A stretch of 64,000 bases of DNA from Octopus sinensis (GCF_006345805.1 NC_043003.1:60016001-60080000), one strand, 5' to 3'. Counted from the stretch's first letter, positions 39,753 through 52,878 are shown. Numbers and translations are program-made. Notes: a model not told the origin generated them from the sequence alone.

Positions 39753-40636
39753 CGTATATATATGCATATATATATATACAAATGTGTATTAATGTATGTA
39801 TATCTATGAATATATATGTATATATATAGAGAGACACATTAATATATATATATGTATATATACATATATATACATATATATAGAAATATATATATGCATA
39901 TATATATTTGAGATTTTCTACTTCTTTATATTTAATAACACTGATCAAGACATTCCATAAAAGTCCTTTAATGAAATTAAAATACTAAAATTGATTTCTT
40001 TGAATGTTTATATTTTTTCCATTAATTCAATTTTATTTCAATGGTATTCAAAGAATTAAGAAAATACGTTATGAGATAAAGAAATTATATTTTATAACAG
40101 AACGCTTGTATGAAGATAAGAAATTTCTGTAAAATTTCACAGATGACACAGAAATTTCGACATCTTAATAATAACGAAGAAATGAAGGAGCTCTTATTGG
40201 GTACTCATTCTGCCAGACAGAGCAGCTAATGTTACCTTACATAACGTCTTGTTATTATCAGAAAGAAAAGGTTTTATTAGATTGTATTGACCTAATTAGA
40301 GCATGTTGAAGGATTGTGAGAGTATCATAGATGGAACACCTTAAATAATTGGTCTACTGTCTGCCGAGCAGAATTTGGATAACTTTCTAAGAAAAAAATT
40401 AATTCCGACGATGCTGTAAAACAGGCCTTCCAAGATTTTATTTAATCTAGATTGCTAGGCTTTTACAGTTCCGGGCTGGACAAACTATCGCTGAAATAGC
40501 AAAAGAGTATTAACAATATGGGTGCATATTTTGGTGAATAAAACTATTTCTTGTATTTATAAAAAATTAGGAAACTTTTTTCTTTTCTACAAATTTTATA
40601 CTTAGCGACCTAATATATAAATGTATAATGTTTGAT

Positions 40637-40755
40637 GTCTGTGTCTTTGAGTCAGTGTTTCTCCTACCTACCGCTTGACAACCGGTGTTGGTGTGATTAC
40701 GGCTCGTAACTAAGCGGTTCGGTAAAAGTGACCGATAAAATATGTACTAGGCCTA
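40637..40755 (+). mobile_element. SINE family A 3' module fragment
   Basis: cgcttgacaaccggtgttggtgtg...taac.aagcggttcggtaaaagtgaccgata...gtactagg. Confidence 0.75.
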
Positions 40756-40884
40756 AAAACGATAGTTGTGTTGCTCTTGTTGACATTATTGCTATTTATT
40801 TGTGCTAGAATTTTGCTGTTATATACAAGTAGTTTAATTCTATGTTGCTTTACAAACTAGAGATCCAAAAATCAACGACATACT

Positions 40885-41380
40885 GAAAACACACAAACTC
40901 ATCAAATGCAAAAAACAAGACAAATCGCTAAAGAGACTACTAACAAATGCGAAGCTTTACAAAACAACCACGAAACTAACGGTTGAAAAATGTGAACGCC
41001 CAAACTGTAGAACCTGCCCCAACCTGCTTGAAGGCTAGGATTTCCTTTTCAAACAAGACAGAAGTTCACAATTAAAACTAGTTTCACTTGTGCCTCTGAG
41101 AACCTAATTTATGTAATAACCTGCTCGGGTTGCGGACATAACTATATTGGACAAACGAGTATGACCTTGAGAAAAAGAACCACTCTACATAAAGTGAAAA
41201 TCCGTTTCCCGCAATACACGAAAATTCCTCACAGTGAACATATAGAAAAATGTGCAGATAACATCAAACCGAATTTCAGTCTCCCCGTTCTACCAAAGAC
41301 ACAATCTCTCCACTAGAACGTTTAAATAAATATACGCTTTTCATTGAAAAATACAGAACACGTCTTAATATGCACGCATA
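40885..41380 (+). mobile_element. Penelope-like element, GIY-YIG endonuclease remnant
   Basis: KSLKRLLTNAKL...KCERPNCRTCPNL, then after a stop/frameshift FTIKTSFTCASENLIYVITCSGCGHNYIGQTSMTLRKRTTLH. Fits the PLE pattern C..C...FTC.S.N.IY.I.C..C...YIGQT...R...H. Confidence 0.8.
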
Positions 41381-41691
41381 ACCAACTTTTATCTTTTTAC
41401 ATATTTCAAATCACGATCACATCCCTGTACCGAAAGCTGAACAGTTATCTCCCTTACCCACAACAATAACAATAAAAACGACAACCAATTAACACCATTT
41501 TATTTATCTACTTGTGAAGTCATTCACTCGTGAATTTCATCACACACAACATGGAAAAAATTTCTTCTTAAGGAAAAATACATATTCAAATAAGTAAAAC
41601 ATAATATCATGAATAGAGATAGCGAAACCGGTCAACATATTAAAAATTATATTAAAACTATGTAAGTGTGCGTATTTTCCTTTTTTAATTT

Positions 41692-41785
<94 letters not shown>

Positions 41786-41814
41786 TGTGTGTGTGTGTGT
41801 GTGTGTTCGTGTGT

Positions 41815-42012
41815 GTATCTGTGTTTGTCCCACAACATCATCTTACAACCGATGTTGGTGTGTTTGCGTCCCCGTATCTTGGCAGTTCAGCAAAAAGATA
41901 CCGATAGAATAAGCACTAAGCTTACAAAAAATAAGTCCTGGGGTCGATTTGTTCGACTTCAGGTGGTGCTCCAGCCTGGCCACAGTCAAATGACTGAAAC
42001 AAGTAAAAGAGT
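41815..42012 (+). mobile_element. SINE family A 3' module preceded by (TA)n(TG)n
   Basis: Well-preserved module ending ggtggtgctccagcctggccacagtcaaatgactgaaacaagtaaaagagt. Confidence 0.85.
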
Positions 42013-42302
42013 AAAAGAAGTAAATGAATTTAAAACCAAGATTCAACTGTAATGCCAACAGAAGTGATTGTAAACCAGAATTAAATTCGATTTAAAAATT
42101 AACGCTATCACCTTGATTGCGTTAATGATAAATAATGGTCCCTTGATGAAATTGCAGCGACTATGATGTATATTTGCAGTTGATGCAGTAGAAACATATG
42201 TTGGTTGTTGTTATATATGCTGTAGAAAACTTTTTAATAAAATAAATTCTGAATGTGAATACACGAGTACGCTCCTTTTGGTTTTAACTTATATATAAAT
42301 GA

Positions 42303-42560
42303 AAAAACTAAATGCGCCCTTTTAAAACCTAGCCAGGCCCATGGGCCCAGTTTCCCGGTTTCAATGGCGCATGTGTTCCCCAGCTGGACGGGACTCCAGT
42401 CCATCGCAGCGTTAGTCATTTTTGCAAGCTGAGTGGACTGGAACAACGTGAAATGAAGTGTTTTGCTGAAGAACATAACGTGTCGCCCGGTCCAGGAATC
42501 GATGCCACAATCTTACGATCATGATGCTGACACCCTAACCACTAAGCCACGCACCTCCAC
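42303..42560 (-). mobile_element. tRNA-type SINE family C, full length
   Basis: Reverse complement of 52444-52700, roughly 90% identical by eye. Confidence 0.9.
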
Positions 42561-42849
42561 TTTAAATTATATATACATACATATAATCACATTCTGATTG
42601 AATCTTCTATGTGTTAACCTGTTCCTCCTTGCGACAATTTAAACTTGCATTTATTCAAGATATCCTTTGCCTGAATAGTAGTTTCAGGTATACACTATTC
42701 CTTAACTCTTGTATTCTTATTCGTATACCCGGCAAACCTGGTCGCCTACCGTGATATATAAAAAGAATTCTTTTTAGTTTATCGTACTTCGATAACAAAA
42801 AAAAAAAATCACCAACTTCCGACTCAGTAAACCATTATTGTCCCTGAAA

Positions 42850-43188
42850 GTTGTTTAGGGTAGCAGTCTCGCGGTCGTAGGATCGCGGTTTGAATTCCCA
42901 GACCGGGCGTTGTGAGTGATTATTGAGCTCCACGAGGCTCGGCAGGGGGTTGCGGGCGAACTTTGCTGTACTCTTTCACCACAACATTCTCTCAATCTTT
43001 CTTCTTGTTTCTGTTGTACCTGTACTTCAAAGGGCCAGCCTTGTCACACACTGTTTCACGCTGAATCTCCCCGAGAACTACACGTGTGTGTGGAGTGCTC
43101 AGCGACTTACACGTTAATTTCACGAGCAGACTGTTCCTTTGATCGGATCAACTGGAACCCTTGTCGTCGTAACCGACGGAGTGCCACT
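42850..43188 (+). mobile_element. tRNA-type SINE with the alternative 3' module
   Basis: B-box-like ggtttgaattccc; 3' module gtggagtgctcagc...ttgatcggatcaactggaacccttgtcgtcgtaaccgacggagtgcc as at 29084. Confidence 0.75.
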
Positions 43189-43559
43189 ATATATATATAT
43201 ATATATATGAATGTATGTATGTATATATGTATGTATATGCATAAAGCTTCATGATATAATGACACGTCCGTATTACCAAATATTCTGAAACCGTAAGGAG
43301 AATGTATAACAAATTTAATATGGCTTATCTAATGCGATATTTTAAGCCTGCACTAGTTAGTTCAGGTCCAGATGCTGTTTGAGCTGTCAGTGAAACCATT
43401 TATATGTAGACCCACGTAGTGAGGTCTGACGTTTGGTGTGAATATAGTGATATACTCGATTCATATACTCAAAGAGCCCCAAATTTCTTTCAATAACGGA
43501 AGTATTTACGTACTTTTGCCACGCAAGCTTAACGCTATTAATATATTACTAGCCATTAA

Positions 43560-43735
43560 TGCGGCAGGCTGACAGATTCGTTAGCATGCTGGACGAACTT
43601 CTTAACGGCATTTCGTCCGTCTTCATGTATTGAGTTCAAACTCCGCCGAGGTCGACCAGTTGAGCATTGGAGTCGCCGTAACCGACTTCTACCCTCCCCC
43701 TGAAATTGCTGGCCTTGTCCAAAAATTTGAAATCA
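43560..43735 (+). mobile_element. SINE family B
   Basis: ggcaggctgacagattcgttagcatg...gagttcaaactccgccgaggtcgac...gaaattgctggccttgtccaaaaatttgaaa. Confidence 0.8.
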
Positions 43736-44033
43736 ATATTTATAACAAGCCATTGACACAGATAAATTACATATATCATTCTAGGTCCAGCGATCACACG
43801 CGCAGTGACAGATTATATAAAATCCCTGATACGCGTAGATATTGAAGCGACTCGTCCCCCGACAGAACGTAGAGAGCTGAAGCAAAAAAATATATTGCAT
43901 TTTAGACAACGCTTGAACGACGTAGCCAAATCTATTTGTGCTTGTAAAATGCAGGGACATTAACAGCTTAAAAATAGTAAACTACGTACATCAAAGCAGC
44001 CGTTTAAGGATATAGTTACAATTATATATACTT

Positions 44034-44197
44034 AGGCGTAGGAGTGGCTGTGTGATAAGTAGCTTGCTTAACAACCACATTATTCCGGGTTCAGTCCCAC
44101 TGTGTGGCACCTTGGGCAAGTGTCTTCTACTATAGCGTCGGGTCGACCAAAGCCGTGTGAGTGGATTCGGTAGAAGGAAACTGAAAGAAGCCCGTCG

Positions 44198-44233
<36 letters not shown>

Positions 44234-44410
44234 GGGGGTATTTCTGTGTCTGTGTTTGTCCCCCCAGCATCGCCTGACAACCCATACTGGTGTGTTTAAG
44301 TTCCCGTAACTTAGCAGTTCAGCAAAAGAGACCGATATAATAAGTACTAGGCTTCCAAAGAATAAATCCAAAGGTCTATTTCCTCGACAAAAGGTGGTGC
44401 TCCAGCATGG
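44034..44410 (+). mobile_element. Bipartite SINE family A
   Basis: Same head / internal microsatellite / 3' module layout as 11984. Confidence 0.88.
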
Positions 44411-45276
44411 AATTAAGGCATGAAAGATATATTGTTTCATTTCACTCTTTGCTTGAAACTCCATCAAAATATATCGTGGTGTGTATATTAAACAGATTGC
44501 ACATTAGATAATGAAGTCTTACGAAATGTGAGGTTCATGTCCCACCGAACGAGGCTATACTATGACGGGAACTACTATAGCAATAACAACAACGTCACAG
44601 ATCTAGGATTTGCTATGGTGGTCATGAGCTTTAAAATCCTCTTCTCAGACGGCAGTAAAGCAAACAAACAATGGAAATTTGCTGCATTGGGTATTGTTTT
44701 GTCGAGATTTAAGTTGTCGCAATTGAATATAGATAATATATGCAGTGTTTATTCTCTCGAGAAAGTGTTACGAGTGAATTTCATACTGGTCATGTGATAT
44801 TTTTAGATAATTAAACTATGTTCAAAGAAAGGATAAATGAAAAACATACAAAAAAACCCTCCTGTAATCAGGATTAAACGATTATGAATTAATCTTCTGA
44901 GGGTGGGAATTTTTCAATGCATAAAGAGATGAAAGGCGATTAAGCTAATAGGACATCCTCCTACCAATATATAATGCGGCACTTGTACAAGAAATCAAGT
45001 GTAGAAATCTCACAGTTAATTTTACACTCTAAATTTTAATATATATGTGTTTGTACCTATATTTACATGTAATAATTTATATATGTATTTACATAAAAAC
45101 AACCGCTTACACGCAGATATGTTAGACGTACATACGAGTAAGTATAAACGCGTGTAAGCGTATATGGTGTGTGCGCGTGTAACTGCCCTTATGCATGCAT
45201 GTGTGCGTGTGTGGGCTTGTGTGTGTGTGAGTGTATATATATATATATACACACACACACATATATATATATTTTA

Positions 45277-45362
<86 letters not shown>

Positions 45363-45450
45363 ATGTAATCCCTCGTCCTCGACTATCGCGGGTATTACGT
45401 TGCAAAACACCACGCGGTAGGTGAAAATCCGTGAAGTAGAAACAGTACTG
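45363..45450 (+). mobile_element. Possible pogo/Tigger-type DNA transposon terminus
   Basis: gtaatccctcg..gactatcgcggg.attacgtt...cgcggtaggtgaaaatccgtgaagtag resembles Tigger-type ends as I recall them; no partner end found. Confidence 0.35.
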
Positions 45451-45563
45451 TGGTGTATATTTTTTTAATTATTTTAATTTTTTTTATATACTAATTATAT
45501 TATAAATGCAAAACAACACCACGGCGGAATGGACATAAGCTTAAATAATATATATATATATAT

Positions 45564-45636
<73 letters not shown>

Positions 45637-45686
45637 CAGACAGATAGATAGACAGATAGTGTGTATGCACATGTATGTATTTATGT

Positions 45687-45726
<40 letters not shown>

Positions 45727-46564
45727 ATTTGCACCATTAAATAAGATTAGGTATCAATATAAATTCGTAAAAATCATACCTGCAATTATATATACGCAAT
45801 CAATGTGAAACATAATATAGAAATACACCGAAGGCAATACGCCTACGCATCCACGGGTGTTTAGTCAGCTATGTAGAATGTTGATACAAGCTTAATAATT
45901 AGGTTATTGTTTACATGATAAACAATTATTAATTCAGATTTTTTTAGATCTCCTTAATGTAATAGATTTTGCTTAGATATTATAAAAAAACCCTCATTAA
46001 TTATTCTTATACTTTGTGAGTAAATATGGACGTTTAGTTTCAGTAGAATACATACATGCACATGTACTTATATATGCATGTATATAAGAATATGCTGACA
46101 TGTGAAAAATATGCATACGCGTACACATGCAGACACAGTAATATAAATACCATGAAATGTAAGCAAATATATAGGCGTATAATTTACCATGAAATATGCT
46201 AAGGCTCACAATCTCATATGCACATATGCAGACATACAGACATATACACATATACAATCATAAATAAGTATAAATCGCTATTTAGATGCTTCGTATTAAG
46301 ATGTAAAAACTGACTTAATGTATATTGAATGTATATGTGTGTGTGTGTGTGTATTTGTGTGCGTTTGTGTCTGCGTGTGTGCGTTTGTGTCTGCGTGTGT
46401 GCGTTTGTGTCTGTTTGTGTGCGTGTGTCTACGATTGCCCTTGTTAGTGTGTATGCGTCTGTGTGTTGGTGTATGTATACGCAGATAATTATGCATGTGT
46501 GAGCCTATGTGCAGTTACATGTGTGTGTGTGTATGTATGTGTATGCGTCTATGTACGCATGTTC

Positions 46565-46629
<65 letters not shown>

Positions 46630-46686
46630 TATATACATATATATACATATATACATATATATATATTTATATACATACTCACACAC

Positions 46687-46763
<77 letters not shown>

Positions 46764-47752
46764 AATATTCAAATGCATATGTGTGCATGTGAGTGCATTT
46801 GTGTTTGTGTTAGTGAATGTGTATGTATGTGTGTGTGTGTTTGTGTGTGCGTAGTTTTAAAATCGTGTAAATCAAACAGATTCAGACTTAATTTTAATTT
46901 TAAATGAATTCATTTTTCAAATCAACCAGAATTAGGCGCGCATAACCGCAATATTACGTGTTTTTCTTTTGTTTGTTTTTTAATATTTGCCATTTCATGG
47001 GATTAAATATGTGTGTTGATTCAGACTAGAGCTAAATAAATACTCTCAACTTATAAATACAGCAAGTGTCAAGCTCGTGTTGCTGATGTATAGATACTTA
47101 ACCTTCATAAAGGTCAAGATTATTCGGAAATCGATCGGGTTATAGTATGAGCCCAATCATATTTCTCTGTTGCTGAGTTACTTCAATATAACCTCTGTTA
47201 TGTCACTGTCAGCCAAGCGATTACCCATCTTCATTATTTTTACGCATAATTAACTGGTATTTATTATAGTTGTTCAAATGCATGCCACTGACCATTTAAG
47301 TTTGTTTTATTGAATTCTTATTTTGTTCCATTTCTGAAAATTACCAGGATTATAAATGTGTACTCTTCCATTTTTGTGTATGTCTGACGGTATCTCCTTC
47401 TATTAGTAGCAAGCTAAGATATATGCTGCATTGACGATGCTCATTGAAGCCCAGACGCATTTCAATAACTTTCTTCTGGTTTCCAGAGAAAAAAACTGAC
47501 TTGTCCCTAATGCCAGAGTAATTTTGGAAAAGTCTAGATTCTTGAGGTTACCTTTCCAACTCGTTTAGCAATGCCCCCAATTAATTCTGCATGCTCTGGA
47601 AATGAGCATAATTTAAATAGTAAATGATATCAATTTATTCTTTATTGTCACTCAAATGCTTGCTATGAAATACTCTGATTTATTTTTCTTAGCTCATTTC
47701 CTTTCTATTTATGGATACATGCAGAAATTTGAACTTATATATGTATATATGT

Positions 47753-47789
<37 letters not shown>

Positions 47790-47822
47790 ATATGTATGTA
47801 TGTATATATGTATATATATAAA

Positions 47823-47875
<53 letters not shown>

Positions 47876-47877
47876 AC

Positions 47878-47952
<75 letters not shown>

Positions 47953-47954
47953 TA

Positions 47955-49232
47955 CTTAAAGTCTTGGGAACAGGTTCGAACTCTGATGTCATATATCTTG
48001 TCTTCAGTAAAGCGTTCGACAGGGTTGACCATATTATACTACTCTCAAAATTGGCAAATGTTGGAATCCGTGGAAAACTTCTACACTGGATTAAGTATTC
48101 CTGGCAAATAGAACACAACATGTTGTAGTCGATGGAATCCCCTCAACCTCAGCAAAAGTCACCAGCGGTGTCCCCCAGTTGGCTGTCTTGGGTCCCGCTC
48201 CTCTTTATAATTTACATAAATGACCTTTCCAGTGTCGTACATCACTGCAAAGAGAAAATATTTGCTGATGACACTAAGTTCCAGCAAATCATCAATGAAG
48301 AAGCAGACCTAACTCAACTCCAGTCTGACCTATATTCTGTGAGTCAATGGGCAGACAAAAACAAAATGCAACTGAACGAGGGAAAATTTGAGCTGATGCA
48401 TTTAGGAAGAAAGTCCACATTAAAACAGCCGTACTCTCTACCTTCAGGGGAACCGCTCACAGCCTCTAACAATATCAGAGACCTGAGCGTAATTGTTGAT
48501 GACGATCTCAGTTGGACTGCCCACATCAACAATAAGGTCGATATAGCTCGTAGGATGAGTTCCTGGATCTTAAGAACCTTCTGGTCCAGAGAACAAGGTG
48601 TCATCATACCACTTTTCTCCTCCTTTGTACGGCCACACCTAGAATACTGCTGCCCTCTGTGGTCTCCCCATACAAGACAAAACATCTCGAGGATTGAATT
48701 GCCCCAGAGGGCACTCACTAAACGAATTGAAGGCATGACTGCTCTCGATTATTGGGACCGTCTTAAAGCCTTGAAACTCTACTCTCTCCAGCGCCGCCGT
48801 GAGCGGTACATCATTTGTACGATGTGAAGCATATACCGCCAACTTTGCTCAAACGACCTGGACATTAGTTTCAAGGTTCATCCAAGGCTGGGACCACAGG
48901 CCATACGTCCCCTGCCCAATTCAGGATCACAGCATATAGATACACTGCAACAAAATTTCTTTTCCTCAACAGGCCCTGCCCTGTTTAACATTGTCCCGAA
49001 AGAGATCAAAGAGGAAAAGTATCTCATCAACTTTAAACGGAGTCTGGATAGATTTCTTCAAGGAATACCGGATAAGCTACCCATATCTAGATACAACTCA
49101 CCCAACAAGAACTCACTACTTAAATGAACCATAAACAAAACTTGACTTAAACAGGATTTAGATAATCCTATCAGGTGGTGCTATTAAGTTAGACATGGCC
49201 TGGACCAATCTTTGGTCGAAACATATCTAAGG
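47955..49232 (+). mobile_element. CR1-group LINE, 5'-truncated, frameshifted ORF2 (RT C-terminal half) + 3'UTR
   Basis: [86 protein letters not shown]: diagnostic CR1/L2-group RT motifs, broken by frameshifts and stops. Confidence 0.93.
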
Positions 49233-49233
49233 T

Positions 49234-49304
<71 letters not shown>

Positions 49305-50944
49305 CATATATATACACGCACACATTTGAGTTTATATGTAGGATGTAAATTGTTCATCTAAATTTCCATTTCTTAATCTGCCATTGATATTAGAAAATGT
49401 ATTAGTTTTAAAAAATCATTAATCAGAACTTCAGATACTTTTGGAATTCACACAAATCGGGTGATAAGCTTAGATGTAATTATGTTAAGGTGCAATACGA
49501 ATTAATACCGTAGATGAGAAATATGTAATGCTGTTTAACACATTTCTGATTTCGAATCCTGGCCAGTGTTTATTTTGTCTTGGATCACTGATCATCCCTA
49601 ACTAAGGGTTCGAGTTGCATTGTGTATTAGCAGTAAATTATCATCAGTTCGATGCCTACAAATGTTTCATTGCACATCAAATGCACAGAATATTATTTTA
49701 TTAACGCTGAATACTAATTGGTGAAAGAAAATTATTTTATTAAGTGTTTTCTCTGATTCAATACAGTAACTACACTTGTATAGATTATTGGGTTTGAAAT
49801 TCTCCGCTAAATAGATATGACGTTCCCCATGTCACTGGATGTATATCAGCGATGGCTGTCTTTTGAATGACCTGTTTCGCGCTATGAGATAGACGACATT
49901 GTTTAGCAAGCGGTTCGCACATGCAAGTGCTACCAGTCGAAAGCTCGACATGCCAGAATCCAGCTAGTGTATGGGGTCATCAGGAGAGAATGCGCACCGT
50001 TTCGGGGCCTACTTCTCGACGAAAAGTATGAATTTGACCCCGGAACTTCAAATAATAAATGATCACGTCCGACGCGGTAGCAATTCCTCTAATACATTGT
50101 CCTAGACTAGCACCAAAATGATATGAAGTAAAGTTGTCCTCGTTACGGTTTGAGCTGTGAGAGCTGAAGAAATTATTGCAAGGCGTGAATTATATCCAAC
50201 AACCGTACCGATTCTATTATTTACCCCTCTTTTGACAAAAATCTATTTCACAAAAGAAAAGCACTTTATTTTCCTTAATAAACCGAAGCTTTTTAGTTTT
50301 GGGTGAAGGAAGTAAAGTGACTTCTGAGGAGAAACGAAACTATAATGTTGGTGAAATGTTATAGCCACATGTTAACTTCAACGGAGTAAATGTCTGTTCA
50401 AATGTTCTCCAAATATGATCATCCATCCTTTTATTCAAACGTAGTGTATCGTGAGCTGCATTACATAAGTTGTCTTAGCACGTCACCTTTATCAGAAAGA
50501 ACAACCGAAAATGTTTCAACTATGCTCAAGGCACACCAGGCTATTTCTAAGTTTGGAAAATATTATAAGAAAGATTTTGTTCTTATTTCTAGCGAAGTAA
50601 ACGACCTATTAGAATTACAATCAACCTTACCAGTTATACTTGATATGAAAAAACATTAAATGTTATCACAAAAGACAAAATAATGCAACTCTACAACGCA
50701 CACATATTTATATATATACATATAAATATATGTGTGTGTGAGTGTCTGTGTGAGTATGTCTGTATGTGTGTGTGTGTGTGTGTGTGTATGTGTGTGTGTG
50801 TGTTTGTGCGTATAAGTCAAAGGAATGAGAAATTGTCACGAACTATATTAGCTTGCAGCCGTTTCTCTCATAAGCTGTAATGCACTCATAATTGAATGAT
50901 TGTGTAACTCCTTAAACTTTAATCGGCGATTAAAAAGTGAAGTG

Positions 50945-50987
<43 letters not shown>

Positions 50988-50988
50988 C

Positions 50989-51116
50989 CGAGATGTAATT
51001 TGAGAATTCCACCCTTTACATGGATATATAAGCATTTGTATGTATGTATGTATGTATGTATGTATGTATGTATGTATGTATGTATGTATGCATGTATGTA
51101 TGTATGTATGTATGTA

Positions 51117-51213
<97 letters not shown>

Positions 51214-51869
51214 TTATAATAAGTGTAGATCGTATACGGGTGGGTATATATTTGTAAAAAAGAAGTTTGAAACGCTACTATATTAGATAGATTTTAATTT
51301 TCTTAGGAATTTTACGTGTTTCGGTTCTTGAAAAAACGAACCTTATCAAAAATATTTTAAAAAGTTAAGTGTATTAGAAATTATGAACTTTTCTATTACA
51401 TTTAACTTTTTAAAATATTTTTGATAAGGTTCGTTTTTTCAAGAACCGAAACATGTAAAATTCCTAAGAAAATTAAAATTTATCTAATATAGTGGCGTTT
51501 TCAAACTTCTTTTTTACAAATATATATATATATATACACACACATTATATAAGGGCTATTACTACATGTAAATGCCTCACGCTCTAATGGGACTCTGGAG
51601 TCAAACTACTTTAATAGATATATACCACACCGAAAACGGGGGAATGCAACTTGGAAGCCACCTCTTAAAAACAGATTTTGTCGCAAATCATTAATAATTT
51701 CATGATTAGCGTGCCATAATACACTCTCCAATCATCAGTGAAAACATAATCAGAACACATAAAAATGAACATCTGTACATACCAAGCGAACAGCAAACGT
51801 ATCCAACATAGCATATAGGAATGCTCACACTTATCCATGTAAAAGGCGGTCTTCTCAAATTACATCTCG
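50989..51869. mobile_element. MITE-like unit bounded by 38-bp inverted repeats
   Basis: cgagatgtaatttgagaattccaccctttacatggata (50989-51026) versus the reverse complement of 51832-51869: 34/38 identical. Confidence 0.6.
51245..51526. repeat. Long near-perfect palindrome (~136-bp arms, 9-nt loop)
   Basis: Arms 51245-51380 and 51390-51526 differ by 5 substitutions and 1 indel; loop ttatgaact. Confidence 0.95.
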
Positions 51870-51944
51870 CTACACGTGTACAGTTGGAATAATTCAGTAT
51901 TGAATATATTCCGGTTTGATTTAAAATAAAATATAAGGAAAGCA

Positions 51945-52172
51945 AAAAACTCCGTATCAATTTCCAACTGTTTGTTCAGTTCACGAAGCATTCAGCCGTG
52001 ACTGCTTTTGATCTTCCGTGAGCAAACGAGGCAAACATTTTGCTGCAGCTCTTTTCATTCGCAATTCGTCGTTCAAAATTCGTTGGGAAATGCTCCAAGA
52101 CACACCAGTCACATCAAGTTCGTCAATTGTTCGGTGACGGCCCTCGAAGACATCTCTATACGTCAGCTCCCT
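51945..52172 (-). mobile_element. Mariner transposase fragment
   Basis: Minus-strand frame VFEGRHRTIDELDVTGVSWSISQRILNDELRMKRAAAKCLPRLLTEDQKQSRL, the second HTH plus the WVPRxL-type linker of mariner transposases. Confidence 0.75.
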
Positions 52173-52443
52173 CTCACATGCATGTATGTATGTATGTATG
52201 TATGTATGTATGTATGTATGTATGTATGTATGTATGTATGTATGTATGTATTATGTATGTATTATGTATGTATGTATGTATGTATGTATGTATGCATGCA
52301 TGCATGCATGCATGTATGTATGTATGTATGTATGTATATACGTATGTATGCATGTATGTATGCATGTATGTATATAATCAAGATATGATAATTGTACAAA
52401 TACAGCTTACCGCTAAAATTAAGCTATTGGTACGGTATTTAAA

Positions 52444-52700
52444 GTGGAGGCGCGGGGCTTAGTGGTTAGGGTGTCAGCATCATGATCGTAAGATTGTGGT
52501 TTCGATTCCTGAACCGGGCGACGCGTTATGTTCTTGAGCAAAACTCTTCATTTCACGGTGCTCCAGTCCACTCAGCTGGCAAAAATGAGTAACGCTGCGA
52601 TGGACTGGCGTCCCGTCCAGCTGGAGAACACATACGCCATTTAAACCGGGAAACCTGGCCCATGAGCCTGGCTAGGTTTTAAAAGGGCGCATGTATTTAT
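52444..52700 (+). mobile_element. tRNA-type SINE family C, full length
   Basis: A box ggcttagtggtt, B box ggtttcgattcct, body ttcttgagcaaaac.cttcatttcac..ctccagtccactcagctggc, end ttttaaaagggcgcat. Confidence 0.9.
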
Positions 52701-52878
52701 TTTAATTTTATGGTATTTAAAGATTAGTATTTTGTGACAACAATTTTATTACGATTAAATTTATTTCAAAATAGATTAAAATAAATCGCCATATATTTTT
52801 ATTATAATATTCCGTAACCGTGAGTATGGAAAATTTTAAAACAATTAGAAAGCGATACCTTTATACATATATACTTGC

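Noticed and set aside
50390-50659. 89-aa non-repetitive ORF (MSVQMFSK...)
   Set aside because: No recognisable motif or supporting splice context; any resemblance to a Penelope RT tail was too weak to call.
52444-52520. tRNA-like sequences with A and B boxes (also 29084, 42480-42560)
   Set aside because: They continue into SINE bodies and lack a complete cloverleaf; not tRNA genes.
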